This document shows, piece after piece, positions 25,201 through 39,248 of a stretch of 64,000 nucleotides of DNA (position 1 is its first letter; every line of letters begins with the position of its first letter). Under the pieces are notes generated by a model. The model searched no databases. It saw only the letters and a list, made by a program, of their open reading frames with translations, and was not told where the DNA came from. Made by a program: the position numbers and the translations under genes. Source of the DNA: Aplysia californica (taxonomy: Eukaryota); NCBI RefSeq assembly GCF_000002075.1, contig NW_004797474.1, positions 198,678 to 262,677 of the forward strand, in the 5' to 3' direction.

Positions 25201-28200
25201 AACAGAAATCTAAAAAAATATTTTAATAAGAGCTTCTCCAGGTCTTAATAAACAAAGTATAAGGTAGAAAAAGACATCTACTAAACAACATAACAAAATG
25301 ATTCACTCATCGAACTCCATTGTTTCAAGAAAAAATACAAAACCTTGATTTTCTCAATACTGCATTTCGGACTCCCCAAATTTAAGTGATTAAAACTTTA
25401 ATCAAACTATCTTGACTAATACTGTTTTCTCCAACTTGAAGAGCTTGAACAGATCTTAAATTTGATACCCAAAGTGTTAAATAATATTATTGTCAAAAAG
25501 GAAAATTTGACTGATATTGCCGTGTTGCTACATCTAAAAACCCGACGTGCACATACCGTCATCGTCATGATCGTTGACTGCCACCATCTGTGTGCCAGCT
25601 GGTGGGCGTGGAGCAGCACTTTCCATGTCCCTGAACTGTTGCTAGATGAAAGACAAAAGAACAGCATTTCAACCACAGACAGATCAAGTACACAAGTTTC
25701 CATTGCATAAAATGACCTACTCAGCAGTCTAATCAAAGAGCAAGAAGTACTTAAGATTTGTTTTAAACTGAAGAAAACAGATCAAATTATCAAACGGTCA
25801 CCTGTCCAAGACAATCACCACTACAAATGACCGCTTCCTACTTCCTTCTTTCAATTAAAAAATGTTTTTAATATAATGACACTGTACAAGTCGTCCACCT
25901 GTCTAAGATAAGTACTTTTCTCTGCAACAATAGGTGGCTGTCTTGGACAATTTCAACTGTAAATACACCAAATGTTGCTTCCAGTACAGTAAATGGATTT
26001 CATCCTTGTTATTTCAATCTGATAAAGTCAATAAAATTCCCTCTGCAGAACATTATTGGTGCAGACTGAAAAAACATATGAGCCAGCCAAAAGTCATGAC
26101 ATAAACCCATTTCATTGACCAAGTCAAAGGTTGGAAACACTTAAATTCAATAACCGCTCTCAGCCAACTGAAAGTAATCGCACAGCAAATACAGGCACAT
26201 TATGTTCACAAAAAAGCCCTCGTGTATTTAACCAACCTCACTCAAATGTATGTTCCACCAAGATCTCTAGGCTCAAAAGATTAATCTCTTAGGAGAACCT
26301 CAANNNNNNNNNNNNNNNNNNNNNNNNNNNNNNNNNNNNNNNNNNNNNNNNNNNNNNNNNNNNNNNNNNNNNNNNNNNNNNNNNNNNNNNNNNNNNNNNN
26401 NNNNNNNNNNNNNNNNNNNNNNNNNNNNNNNNNNNNNNNNNNNNNNNNNNNNNNNNNNNNNNNNNNNNNNNNNNNNNTGAGTGATTGTAGGTACAAAACT
26501 ACATATCTATCTTTCCATGTCCCAGAAAGAGAGAAAGAGAATAAGGTCGTGCAACCTTGTAAAGAAGCTAGTAAAAACTCGCAGCCATTATTTCCAGCAC
26601 AAATTTTAAAAGTTGACCCTGTCTAAAAAAGCCATGGACAACGAGAGGAAAGGACAGAAATAACTAACCTCCATTCTCTCCAGTTGAAGAACAAGAGAAT
26701 TTTTCTCAGTACTCAAGGCCTCCAGCACTGTCTGTTTCTGAATGAGACTTTCTGTGAGTGAGCGCACACGAGACTCAAGCTCCCCTTCTGTGCTGCTGCT
26801 CATGCTTTTTGTCATCAACTGATTTCGCAGTTTTTCAATCTCTGATTCCCGATCGTTGATTCGAGTCTGGAATGCTGTCTTCTGTTTATGCAGCTCCTCT
26901 ATTGAGTACTGTAGTTCCTACATGTGTTGTTCAGCAGTAGAAAGGAAATGCAAGTCTATTAGCCATCCATCAAATTAAACCTGTAACACATATCTTAAAA
27001 ATCAGTCAAAAACCAAATAAAATATTTAAATAGCATTTTCATTTTTTATCATTGCATTTCTTACAGGTATATACTCCCTTCTAAAAATAAAAAAATTCAT
27101 ACCAGTAAGGAATGTTCTCCAACAAGCACAATTGTAAGACAGCTTACAAAAAATATTTGCTTGCAGAATGAATGCATGGGTCAGTGGTTCAAAATGATAA
27201 ACCATTGTTGTTTCACAGACAGAGAAAAAACCCAAAAAAATTTCCCTCTTCATATTGAGAAATACACAAACACACACTTATACAAAAAAATAAACACACA
27301 CACACACACACACTCACACACACACATGTACATACACGCAACACACACCAATACATGTAAACTCTCAGAGCTTCATACCTGTTTTTGAGTCAGCAGCTCA
27401 TTCTCAGCGTCCTCCCTTCTCCTTTTCTCATCCCTCAGGGAGTCCTCCAGAGACCTGATTGTCTCTTGTGAAGTGTCACTATCCTGTTGCAGCTGATTTT
27501 CCACATCCTGTGAAGATGCGAGACAAGAATTTTTAGCAACATCAGAGTTGTTTAGCTTTAGTAAGAGTTTTAAAGCACTTGCAACACAATAAGGTCATAT
27601 GTGCAAACTTCCAGAGTTAGGCTGTAAGGTATTAGTAAATGCTTGTGTAATCAAAAGATTGTGTGTTTAATTTAAAACATCCATTGGCAGGTGTTTGTGT
27701 TCTGAAGGAAAGTACTTCACTTCATTTTCCCTCATTCACCATATTGAAAATGGGAACATGGAAATAAGTAGAAATAAAACATACAAACGACAGGAAGTAA
27801 AGCTGTATGACCTCTGGGGGGGAATAATTTGATAAACTGAGATGAACTATCTGGTCACAAGATTTATTTGGGAAGAGGCAGCACGAGACCTCCAGTAGAA
27901 GAAATATATGACTATAAATAGTTAATTTAGCTTCAACCCGTGACATCACTGGCATGAAGAGTAAGCTCTTTTAGAAGAGCAGGTGTGATTATTTTTTCTT
28001 CTGCTATCATAGTTCTCCATACTCAAACACTATACAAATTTGGTGTCACTGAGGTCTTTCTTTGTAGCATAACTGCAAAGATAAAGAACGTTGGTCTTCC
28101 TATGTCTTATGAGTGATCTTCCCTTACTGTACATGTTACCTGTTTACTTACTCAAAATATTTTTTTCGAGTTAAACATACAATCAAGTAAGACTCAATGG

Positions 28201-31200
28201 TTCTATCGGGTTTTACCCCCCAAAAGATGATCCCACAAAACAAAATGAGCAGATAAAACATCATGTCAAACATGAAACAAAAAGTCAAGAACATCACATA
28301 TTCCCAGAAATCCCGAAAGTTCCACTTAGGAGGTGGCAGAGCCTCACCTTGTCTTCCAACTGTGATTGTGAACCACATTACTGCACTATACAAAAAGTAT
28401 CCACACCGCCACTTACCTGTAGCTCCATCCTCAGATTCTCTACCGTCAGCTTGGTCTGCTGTAGCTCCTCCCTCATCATGTCTCTCTCTTGTCTCATCGA
28501 CTCGTGCTCAAGAGAAGACACACCCCCCGACTCCCCAACAGGCCCTGCACCATCCCTCAGGCTGGCTATAAGCTTTTCCTTGGACTGCAAAAAAAAGGAA
28601 AAAATATATATTATCAAGCTGAAATAACAAAACACTTTCAACTTAATTCATTCTCTGCCCATTATCGATATATTGGCAGCACGACCGCACCGTTTTCGTC
28701 CATTACCGATACATCGGCACGGGCTATACTCAAACTTTATTTAGTTCATAAATGCTTGATCCATAATTTTAAGTTTTAATATAAACAAATCTCAAAAGTA
28801 AAAACTTCCTGCAAAGAAATATAGTGTTTATAACTATGTAAGTGGGTGGAAAGTTGAAATTGTTGAAGTATTTTGTGTGGTGTGTTTGTGAAAACAAAAC
28901 AAGAAAAATTATCACACTCATTTCTAGTTCTAGAATCTAGCTATGTTTTCTGGGCCTGGTAGTAAATAACCCTATAGGCATATATAACTTGTAAAACAGA
29001 CTAGGGAATTTTTCTTTAATAAACTAAATGACAGAGATGATATTGTCTTAGAATCCTTAGCTTTAGATTCTGATTCGGGGGTTGATTGAATCGAGAGTGA
29101 GAAGCGTGAAAGACATATTGGCAGATCTAAATCAGCAAAGAAGATAGTTGGAGACATGGAAGTGAGTGAATATGCTTGGAAATGAAAGGGAAGGAAAGCC
29201 AAGAGAAGTGAAAATCAAGAGGATAATGACCTAGACCTAGGTCTAAATCTAAATCTAGACTTGGACAAGCAAGTGCAACTCGGGCAAATTCTTATTTATT
29301 ACAACTTTTGGTATTGTCACAGTGATGTTACAAAATTGATCATAAAATCAGCTAGAATTGCACAATTTCATACCTTTTTGCATGAACATGCGTAGGAATC
29401 TTTTTCCGAAATATACATTTTATTATTTATATTCAAAGTCGGACATTTAGTCTGTCTTTTTATTAGCTCCCATATGATGAACGTGTTCTCTGACAAGTAT
29501 CAATTACGTCCTTTGCCTAATCAAATATTTTTTTACACATTTCAATGCTACATTTCATTACCTTTCAAAGTATGTATGACACTACCTATTTATTATTTAA
29601 TTTTACTTATGAAAATCCTTCCTGAACACATACACACCTATCATTCACGAACGAATGCACAGAGAAAACCGGTGAAAGCTGGTACAAAAAATGGGCAGAG
29701 AATGAGTTATGGTAACACAGCAATGTGCCAGAGATAAATTTACTGACCCATATTATGATATTTTCTTCACACTGAGAGGTCATAGAGAATGAAATGCAGA
29801 ATTAACATTCATAATGAGTAGACATACATCAAAAACACTCACTAAATCATAAGTTCATATCTTTAGGCTTTGAAACTTTTAGGACCTCACAGTACAGTTT
29901 TAAGTCAGTAAAATATTCCATCATATCAACAGCATTTTGACAGTCCATCCATCATTTCACGCCAAAAAATATATACTTTCTCATATCACTTGGACAGTTT
30001 AGTATTAGTAAGAGTTTTACAGCATTTGCAACACAATAAGGTCATATAAGTGCCAAAGATTAAAGGTGTTACAAGAGAGTAACATACACATGAAAGGAGG
30101 AGAGACCAGGACAAAAGATATTAGATAGGAAAGGAGTAAGCCACACCAGAGCACCTGCCAACCATCTGCTCACTTGGACAGTTGATTGTGAACATGATTG
30201 TACATGTTTTACATCATATTACTTTGACTCTCTCTATCAGGGCCACCAGTGTCAGTGGTGTAGTGGTTAAATGCTTTGCCATCACAGGTAGAAGTAGAAG
30301 TGAGTATGACTCCCATGTGGGAAGCTCTTTTTATCGAGTATTTACATCTGTCTATTGGGACGCTGTATCTCTCTCTGCCCTCGTTGACCCTTACAGGCAG
30401 GGTTCAAGCAGCCTGCTTCCTTAATAATTTATCTAGTATCTATTAGCTAGATTTACTGTCAGAGCCAACCCAGAGCAAACAGGGGTACAACATCTGAGCA
30501 GAAAGAAGGGGATACTCAATAAAACTGAACCAAACTCATGCCTTCGGTGTCAGTTAAACAGCAAAGAGCCAAATATTGCACTTAACACAGCAGTCCAGTA
30601 GGATAGCAAAACCTACCTGCAGAATGCGCGCTGCTTTGTCCTTGTAATCAGTTAACTCTCTCCGCGAAGAGTCCGCTGTAGTTTTGGCAGCTTTCAACTG
30701 GCCGGACAACTCAGAAATTTTGGCTGTAGAGAATAATTATAACATTGTTATTATATAACATCTGTGCAATTTCAATACAACTGACCTGAGCGTGCGCTAC
30801 CTTTGCCCCTCTGTAAACTGAGTGCCCACCTAAGAGTTCAGGGAAGTAATACAAACAATTCACCCCAAGGGAGCCCAGGCAATCAGGTCCTGTTTGGCTC
30901 GGGGGAGAGGGGCAGGGAAGGCAATTTTCAAACCTAAAGACAGAAGTTCCATGCTTTCTCTTTAAGCATTTGATTTGAGTTTTTGCATAGTGCCGGACAA
31001 ATGTAACCAAACCTGTACTGAAAAAAAAAAGATAAAAAGGGTGAATTTTCATGCAAGAAGGAAAAAATATCTATTCGTACATCTTTCTCAAACAAATTAT
31101 GAATGCACGCACACACACATAAACCAGCTCATATCATGAATGCACATTTAGTACAGTAAACAAACAGACTCCTTAGCCATCAGGCCATCAGCTGATACCC

Positions 31201-34200
31201 AGTGCACACTACCAATTAGATTCATCTGCCACATTCTCATTCTTGGATGAAGAAAAAGCTACCATTCTGGCACACTGCAACCCATTCAACTCACGACCTT
31301 GAAAACAAATGCGTTTGCTTTAGAAAGTCACAGTCAAATCTAGTTGATTTTAGTTGTACTATGCCAAAACGGTAGCAGCCATGAAGAAAAATCTGGCTGG
31401 TCCTAACTGAAACTGATGAATCCAATTGGCAGTGTGCAGTGAAAATATTCTACAACTGATTTCAACAAAAATATAAAAGCATCACATTCAAATCTGAACC
31501 AAATCCAACATTCTCCCCCTCTCCCCACAGAAACATTTTGCTTCTCAGTAGTGTCCTGACAGGCTGTCAAAAGATCTAACTTTGAAATGGTCTTCACTAT
31601 GTTTAGCAAGATCAAGGTATTACACTTTGAGAAGAAAAAAAGATTTATGCTACTGGTACCTTTCTCCTCCGACAGTCTTTTCTCCGCAGTCTTCACAGCT
31701 TCTGCCATGGACCGTTGCTCCTGCTCTAGGCGACTTTGCCGTTCTCCAGCCTCTTGCTGAAAGGGGAAATATTAAAAAAAGAACATGTTATCAAGGAATT
31801 GATAAATGGTTAAGATTTTATAAAACAAATGTATCCATCATACCAATATCTTTAATCAAAATGTAATTCATCGCGAAAGTTTAAAGCCCAAGCTTATAAA
31901 TGAGTGTCACTTACCAGACAGGCTGCTTCGACCTAGCATGACTAACCAGTACAATGTGGCATGATTCATAACAGCCAGTTGGAGTTATCCCATAAAATAT
32001 GTACCAAACATGAATTCTCTTAATGCAAGACAAAGAGTCTAACCATTACTCCATAGATGTCAGTATGAGGTAGGTTATTATTATGCCAATGACATTATTT
32101 AGTGAGAATGTATAAACTGATCAAAAACAAAAGATGACATATAAAATACAATGGCACAATTTTTTTTCTCTAATGTAAATAAAACAACATAAATGCCAAA
32201 AGGACTTGCCACGACATGTTACCCAACCATATAAAGGTCTAAATAAAAAAATCAGAATAATAGTACTCTATAGGTATACCACAAAACAGTAATAGTGATT
32301 AAAATCCTTCAAATATATACGGCAAAAAGTTTCTTATAAACGTAAAAGGGATTTGCTTTGAAAGCCTTAGAAATACCTACGCCAGTATTCCTATTCTCTC
32401 AGACCTTCTAAGCAGTACTATAAATATATAAGAAATATCTTAGAACCTCAGAAATGATAAACAGTATAGCCATCCGTTACTTATAAGGGTCAAGTACAAA
32501 CTGAAAACATTGCTACCGATAACACTCTTTGACTTTAAGAGCAATACCTGAGCTTGCTTGTACGCTAGCTGTTCTCTTCTCAAAGCTGCCTCTACTTCTT
32601 CCAGTTTTTCTTTCATAGAATCAAGAGCTTGGCCGTGCAGCCCACTGGAGTCAGAATGGTCCCTCAATATTCTATGAAAGTTTTAGAAATTAATTAATTA
32701 TTAATAATAATAGTGATAATAAGGATAATAATAACCCCTCCGTTACTGGTAATGCAAATGGGTTTTTTTTATTGTACAGTTTAACACTGAAAAAATAAAG
32801 ATAACAAAATTATCTTAAAAATAAAGTTAACAAGACAAGCAATATTACCAATTAAACACAAAACACATCTGGGACAAAATTTAACCTGAAATATGTACCC
32901 CATGCCATGTCAACACATGTTGGATTAAAAGTAGCAAAAATCTTCAAATTTTTTTTTTACATTGATTTTTTATAATCCACCATATTTCCTGTTTTTTTCT
33001 CCACCAAAAAGCCTTTCTGCTCGCTTCTTTCGCCCGCCATGATTCACTCTCTAATACAACTTTCCCTACACCGAACTTTGCAGAACGGGGGCAAGTTGTT
33101 GCCTTGTGCATTATCTCTTCTAAAGAGGAAGCGCACTGACACATGAAGAAACAATACAGTTCAAGTGCCTTCGTGTGGCAGAGGACTTCCGGCACGCACC
33201 TGAAATGTGCAGACTCTGACCTAGATCTACTTTCCTGAGAGGTGTCTTTTGCAACAGCATCCATAATATGCATATCAAAATATAACAAAACCAAAAACAC
33301 ACAAAAAAAGATGCACCAATTACAATAAATAGACATACATAAAAAAAACTGAACATAAGAAAAATGGACTGATTATGTCAACTCTATCAGGATATGATTC
33401 ATATGGGACGACACCTTAAAATGACAGATTCCATCATCGATAAGTTCAGAACATGTCAAGAAAGATGTATACTGAATTCATTCACATGAGCAATTACCCA
33501 ATATATTTACCTTTCTCTCTCAAGTTTCACTTCTTCGAGATTCTGTTCCCTAGAGGAAACTTTTCTGTCCGCCTCATCCAATCGTACCCTGAGAACAGCC
33601 AGCTGCGAGTCTTTAGCATTGAGAGCCTCCGTCAGATCTGACTCCCGAGCCTGCAGTTCCCTCACCAGCTGGTCGTGCATTGCTGCAGAGTTTGACTGGC
33701 TGTGAAGCTTTTCTTTTGACCTTGACAACTCTGTGAAACAAAAAGTATCAGCATCAGTTCACTTGTTCGTCTTTTTTCCATACGAAATGTTTTTGTACTC
33801 CATCATAACAGGAGTAAGATTTATTGTTAGTGCATAGCAGGTCTGTTGTTACCTGCCACCTCCCAAACCCACTGACGGCGTAAGGGGAGGGGGGGAACTA
33901 ATGCATTTATTCCAAAGTTACAAGAATCCAAGATTACTATAGCTAGAGGATAAGAAAGATGAACATTCAGTAATTCAAAACAGCTGTAGCAGCACGAGAC
34001 TGGGACGTCCTGTACCCAACACAATGTAATCAGGGAGGAACAGGGTCGGGTAGCTTTCTCAGGAACTAAAAGACACCTTAACAAGTCATCCTCAGATAAT
34101 ACCCTTTAAACTGTATTCTCATCTCAGCTACAGAGGTAAAACACTACTGCATCTCACCTGTCTCTGCCTCCTTCGCCCTTTGTATCACGCTTGCCATCTC

Positions 34201-35553
34201 TTGATTCAAGGAGGCCACCTCATTTCGGAGGAGTCTGTTTTCCAGTTCCAGAGATGAGAACTGCCGATCTCGCTGCTCTGTGGGTACCTCAGCATGATCA
34301 CTTTCAGGGTTACTTTGGTCACTGGCCACAGGGCTCTCTTTCATGGCATCAGCGATCACGTCAACATCAGCAGACGTGTGAGAGTTGGTGGGGCTATCTC
34401 GTTGAACATTGCCATCTTCATCCGCAGTATCTGCTGCAGCAGCTAAGGAAAGAGTACAAGGGTATATATATGCAAAATATGATACTTAAAAGAGGGAGGC
34501 TTCTTCACTGATGAAAGAAAGGGGGGAAAAACAGGAAAGATGAAAAAGAAATTTTAAGGGGTGGGGAAATGAAGAGAGAGTAGGGTGTAAAATGGGAGCT
34601 AAATTTTAACCCAAAAAAAAGTCACTTCCCCCCCCCCAAAAAAAAAAAATTGCCCAACACATCAGAAGTGAACTGCATATTAATCAACAATCTGCATTTT
34701 CCCTACATGCCTGCTCACTCCAAAAGAAGAAAAACAGCTGCAAACAACCGAAGACTCACTGGATAGACAAAAGAGGGCCTAATCTCATCTTTTCAATACA
34801 AATAGCAAGGCTCAATGATTTGACCATCAGACTATTCATGTTCATTCTACAGGGCTTCATGTCCTGTTTCGAACCCCTGTACTTAAGAGTTAAAATAAAC
34901 GTTTAACACACTCACAAGAACAGACAAGCTTATCATTTACAATGAAAATTTACAGATCCATAGCTTTCCTTACTTGGAGCTTTTGTGGTGGTGCTTGGGG
35001 CTACAGTTGGTTCAACAACAGTAGCAACAGCTGAAATATTCAAATTGTCAGGTTTTGCACTTTTCGATGAAATGATCGAGGACGTGCTGGACTGTCGAGA
35101 GTGATGCTGACTGCTGACGGGTGTACGCCGCTTTTTGGTGCTGTCAGATGCGTCTTTGCTGTTCAGAAAATCAAAGAGAGCATCATCAGAGTCTTTCTTT
35201 TTCACAGTTTTCCCGGATGTTTGTGTTGTGGGAGCTGAGGGTGGAGACGATGACGAGGCAGCAGGCAGCACTGGAGCAGGTACCTTTGCAACGCTCCTGA
35301 TTGGTGCACTGACAAATGATGATGACTTGTCTACTTCGTCTTTGTAACTGTGAAGCCTGGAAGGCACACTCTGTGAAGGGCTTAGAGGTTTGCCAAAAGC
35401 AGGCTCAAAGCTGGACTCAGTGAGTACAGGCTCCTTGAGAGGAGCAGGAGTTACTTTTTCAGTTTCATCAATATGCAAAACATCAGCAGCAGACTTATCC
35501 AGCCGGTTGAGGAAATCCTCAGCTTTTCCAGTAACTGCAGAGAACCATGACAT
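22228..35553 (-). CDS. GOLGA5: Golgin subfamily A member 5 (golgin-84), 12 coding exons, 767 aa
   Basis: Exons (minus strand) 34974-35553, 34158-34442, 33511-33730, 32548-32671, 31660-31756, 30617-30723, 28417-28584, 27379-27507, 26669-26917, 25557-25641, 24140-24300 and 22228-22326. All introns are GT-AG, phases are consistent, and the total is 2304 nt. Signatures: N-terminal MSWFSAVTGKAEDFLNRLD; coiled coil LELENRLLRNEVASLNQEM, AKDSQLAVLRVRL, ELTDYKDKAARILQSKEKLI, LTESLIQKQTVLEALSTEKNSLVLQLER; C-terminal TM anchor SIRLGVFLRRYPMARVFVILYMALLHVWVLIVMMTYQPEIH. An acceptor at ~35622 implies an upstream non-coding exon. Confidence 0.96.
23080..24115. mobile_element. 1036-bp non-autonomous DNA transposon (hAT-like termini) with 6-bp TSD
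   Basis: Perfect 13-bp TIRs CATAGCTGCCACT/AGTGGCAGCTATG. ATAGAC is duplicated at 23074-23079 and 24116-24121. The interior is CpG-rich. Confidence 0.85.
25790..25959. mobile_element. Tc1/pogo-like MITE family B (partial)
   Basis: CACCTGTCCAAGACAATCACC...GGTGGCTGTCTTGGACAATTTCAACTG|TA. Related copies at ~45880-46073, 47145-47318, 52085-52258 and 61480-61665. Confidence 0.7.
26304..26477. other. Assembly gap (N run)
   Basis: Run of N inside a GOLGA5 intron. Confidence 1.
28647..29706. mobile_element. ~1060-bp piggyBac-like non-autonomous element
   Basis: TTAA|TTCATTCTCTGCCCATT ... AATGGGCAGAGAATGAG|TTAT, i.e. 17-bp TIRs with 1 mismatch and a TTAA/TTAT target site. Confidence 0.72.
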
Positions 35554-36559
35554 CTTCAAGGATGGCTGAGAGAACACCGGTTCCTATCCTAAGACAGTAC
35601 AATATCATGAGTCAGTCTTGTCTGAAAAACAAAAAAGGGAAGTTACTGTAACAATGGTCTAAGAAATTCATTTACCATCAAATAAGTAGAGAAACGACTT
35701 ATAAGATTTATTGTGCCTCTATAGAATATATGGAACAATTTAATAAGCATTATAATGAGTTATTCTACAGAAATGTTGCTACAAACACTAATACTAATAG
35801 AAAAAATAAGAACAAATTCAAGACCAGAGATACCTGAAACACAATTCAGTTTTGTTACTGACTAGGGTATCCAGTTGGTTATATTATATATAGACCATAA
35901 CAGTGTTAACTTACTGGAGAGATATCTGTATATATGTACGTGTCTAAAAAATGTGAAATCAGGCGCTCTTCAATTTTAAAAAAATTGTTTGGAAGCTTGT
36001 TCATTTGTATTGATTTTGAAGAATGAAAAAAAAAATACCCATTTAACTTGAATGGAAGTCAACATACATATATCTGCGATAGAAGGAGATAGGGGTCGCC
36101 TGTTGTCAGAGGGTAAATTAAAAAGAAAATGGCCGTTAAGTCGAGTGATTTTTAAAGTTTTGAGTGTCCTTGGAAACTGCAAATTTACATTTTTTGAGCC
36201 TTTGGTAAATATTTTTCAGCCAAAAGTCAGAATCCATGTCTCAAAGTAAATGGAGAAAATATAACATCAGATGCCAATGTCACAATGTAGCAGAGTCAGT
36301 AAAGTAAACAATCCATAAAGGGTTATCTTTAAATGTAAAGAAAACATAAATACATTGTAAAATCTAAGCAAAGGTGAAAAGATTTAAACAAATTCAACAG
36401 TTCAAATGTCAAGGAATAATTACATTCAATGTGAAAAAAAATATCTATAAATTGGATTAGCAGAGAAGAGTTTCGATAAAAAAGAGTCCTGTCCGGAAAA
36501 AAAAAACCAAACACCTCAATGACCACCAAAATAACAATCTAAAAAGGCTATATGTGTGA

Positions 36560-36760
36560 GGTCAACCCTTCTTAAGAGCTGTAAAAACTGGACGATTAAC
36601 AAATGAAGTGAAATTAAACTTGAAGCAATAGAAATGTGGTTTCTTCAGAGACTATTGTTGAGAATCTCTTTGAAGAAAAATAAAAAATAAGGTAGTGCTG
36701 AAAGAAGCCCACATGTATGCCACTCATTAATAAAAACAATTAGAAAGAGATCATGAACTT
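36560..36760 (+). pseudogene. Highly decayed RTE-clade LINE reverse-transcriptase C-terminal fragment
   Basis: Reads SCKNWTINK*SEIKLEAIEMWFLQRLLLRIS, resembling the RTE 'GCETWT...LEAFEMWFYRRMLRISW' motif. Confidence 0.55.
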
Positions 36761-38399
36761 GCTCTCACTGTGTAGAAATAGATGACAAAAGAGGCACTGG
36801 CCAGTACAAAAATAACATTTAGTATTTAGCTGACAGAACTTAAACAGAAGTCACCAGGAAATAAGGATTGGGTTGTTGTTTTTTCAAAGCACCTAACTTT
36901 AGCCCCAAGCTTAACTCCTGTTCTGCATCTGTGCCGGGATGCACTCTTTTATTATATCTAGATCTACTGATAAGACCCAACTTCTTACCGCGGACGTTCC
37001 CGGCAGGGGCCAAAGAGTGTACTGTTAGTGTACAGTGAATGACCCCGGAAATGTGTGTTTTCACTGTGAATACCGTGGGGGTGTGTTAATCAATGATAAA
37101 AATAATTAATGCTCTATCTTTAATAGCTTTCTATTTTTATAAAGTGTTACGAACAATGAATAACCCCCTCTCATAAGCTGATAAGTCATTACGAGTAGTT
37201 ACGCCCATTCAATGACCTTTTAGACGCTCTTGTTGTTACAAATGATCTGGGGTCCGAAAGGAAATAATATAGGTCGATTTCGGAATGTTTTGCTCTAAAA
37301 ATTTTCTTTTTACCTGCACAATGGTTAAACTATCAAATAAGCTTATTTTTATCAGGTCAGCAGATTAGAAAGATTTTGTATAGAAAAATGTAAGTCTTGT
37401 TTCCTTGCTATCCTGTCCAGCTCCTCAAGTCTAAGTGGGTAAATTTTTTCTAATTTCATTGGAAGATCATCTAGAGCTACCAATTAAGTGTGTTTCTAGA
37501 AGTAGGCCAACAAGCGTACACAAACTCAAGCAGACTGATGTTCACACACTTGAGCTGCAGGAATACGAGACCCGGTCATCACACTGATGATGCTCAGCGT
37601 ACGTGCGCTGAGCCAGGGCCAGACTGATGCGGGTGCGGACAGAAGGTGAGGTGCCAAGATACGCTTCTGGGGGAACATAAACCCAGCACCCAGGGGACAT
37701 GGGTTAAAAAGAGAAATTTGTGGGAAACCATGATCATGAATGTCTGTTTTAGATCTGGTAGGCCTAAGTTACTACTTATTTATGATGAGAAAGTACAAAA
37801 GAAAATGTTTTACACACACATAACATTTCCAGTTCAGAATTAAAGTAGCTGTGTGACTATTCAGACACAGGCACGGTCCTGTGGAGACTAAGCCCTGACC
37901 CCCAAGGGTCATTTCGGATAGAGATTGATTTTCAGCTCCCTCCAACGCCAATTGCGCATTTCCCAGTCACAGCAATTTTATGCAAACTGCAAAGATGCAT
38001 TGGTCCAAAAAGCAAGAGAAGCATGTCATTCTCAAAAAGATAAAGATCCACAATGTACGGTACTCGCATTCAAGCTAGAGTAGAAGGACACATGTGTCCG
38101 AATATACACGGGAGCTTGTTGAACTGACATGTGTCCCAATAGGATGGATGCAGCCTAAAACTCTTGTCGTGCGTCTAGTGCCGAGATGCGAATCTTATCA
38201 GCAACCTATTACGTCGGACGTTCCGGCGGGCCGCCAGGGTCACACAGCGTGTACTGTTGGTGTACAGCAAGCAGGCCTGGAAACGTGTCTTTTCGCCACG
38301 AATACAGTGGGAGTGTGTTAATCGATGATGAAAATAACGCTGTACTTTTTATAGTTTTCTATTTTATGAAACCAAGGAAAGGAATTCTGAATGTTCAAA

Positions 38400-38535
38400 T
38401 ATGTTAAAAACTGAATAAAAATCTTTTTTTTTTAAAGTGATTTAAATCACTGATTTTTATTTTAAAAATCAAGTTTATTTAAATTTTAAAAATCATCTGA
38501 TTTAAATCGACCTGATTTAAATCAACCCAACCCTG
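38400..38535. mobile_element. hAT-like transposon end with repeated TGATTTAAATCA palindromes
   Basis: Several GATTTAAATC motifs ending in CCAACCCTG (reverse complement CAGGGTTGG, a hAT-type terminus). Confidence 0.5.
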
Positions 38536-38979
38536 ATTCTAATTTGAGTTTTTTCGGGGGGGGGGGGGGGGGGGTTGGTATCGCATTGCACAATTAGAAT
38601 TAGATCTATCCCTACCAAAGATAGATAACAAGATTATTCACTCAGCCCGAAAAGTGTTCGCAGAAGTCAGCGCATTGCTTCAGATGGCACTGGAGTCTTT
38701 ATTTTCAAGCTCTCTTTCCTTTCTCCAGAAGAAGAATAGGATAAGCAGTCTGTTAATTTCACTTTTTTTTTCCACACAAGTAGATTTTAGGGACCGTTTG
38801 CAAAATCCGCACTTTTTCGAAGAGGGCGCCACCAAATTTTGAGGCCACTTTTTTATTTTGGCTCAAAAAGAGGAGTGAACTAGATCTATCTTGTTATCCA
38901 TGATCTTTGTCTCTACGCGAATGAGGGGGAAAAATGAGGAAACGCTAGATCTAGATAATTGCCGTCCTTCTTTTGAAAC

Positions 38980-39248
38980 GCCCTGTGCCAATAATACTTT
39001 GTAGAATCTAGATCTAGCTAGTATTCACACACCCTGTGCGAACATTATTTCATAGTATTCACACACCCTGTGCGAATAACATAGATATCTAGATCTAGTA
39101 CATGATGTATTCACAGAGTACACCCCGTGCGAATAAAATTTCACAGTATTCACACTCACACTCACACAGTATTCACACACCCTGTGCGAAAAAAATTTCA
39201 TAGTAAATACAATTCCATAATATTCACACACCCTACCATGCGAATAAC
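38980..39248. repeat. Irregular minisatellite of TATTCACACACCCTGTGCGAA units
   Basis: About 5 full or degenerate units (~39021, 39055, 39107, 39169, 39221) plus partials, separated by variable spacers. Confidence 0.8.

Noticed and set aside
34933-34973. Extension of the first GOLGA5 coding exon to the donor at ~34953 or to the ORF stop
   Set aside because: Only the phase-1 donor after 34974 (A|GTAAGG) keeps frame with the next exon.
37584-37630. Hammerhead ribozyme at CTGATGA plus hairpin
   Set aside because: No GAAA follows the hairpin, so the catalytic core is incomplete.
38980-39248. CRISPR array
   Set aside because: Eukaryotic context, no cas genes, degenerate repeats, and spacers of irregular length that are partly related to each other.
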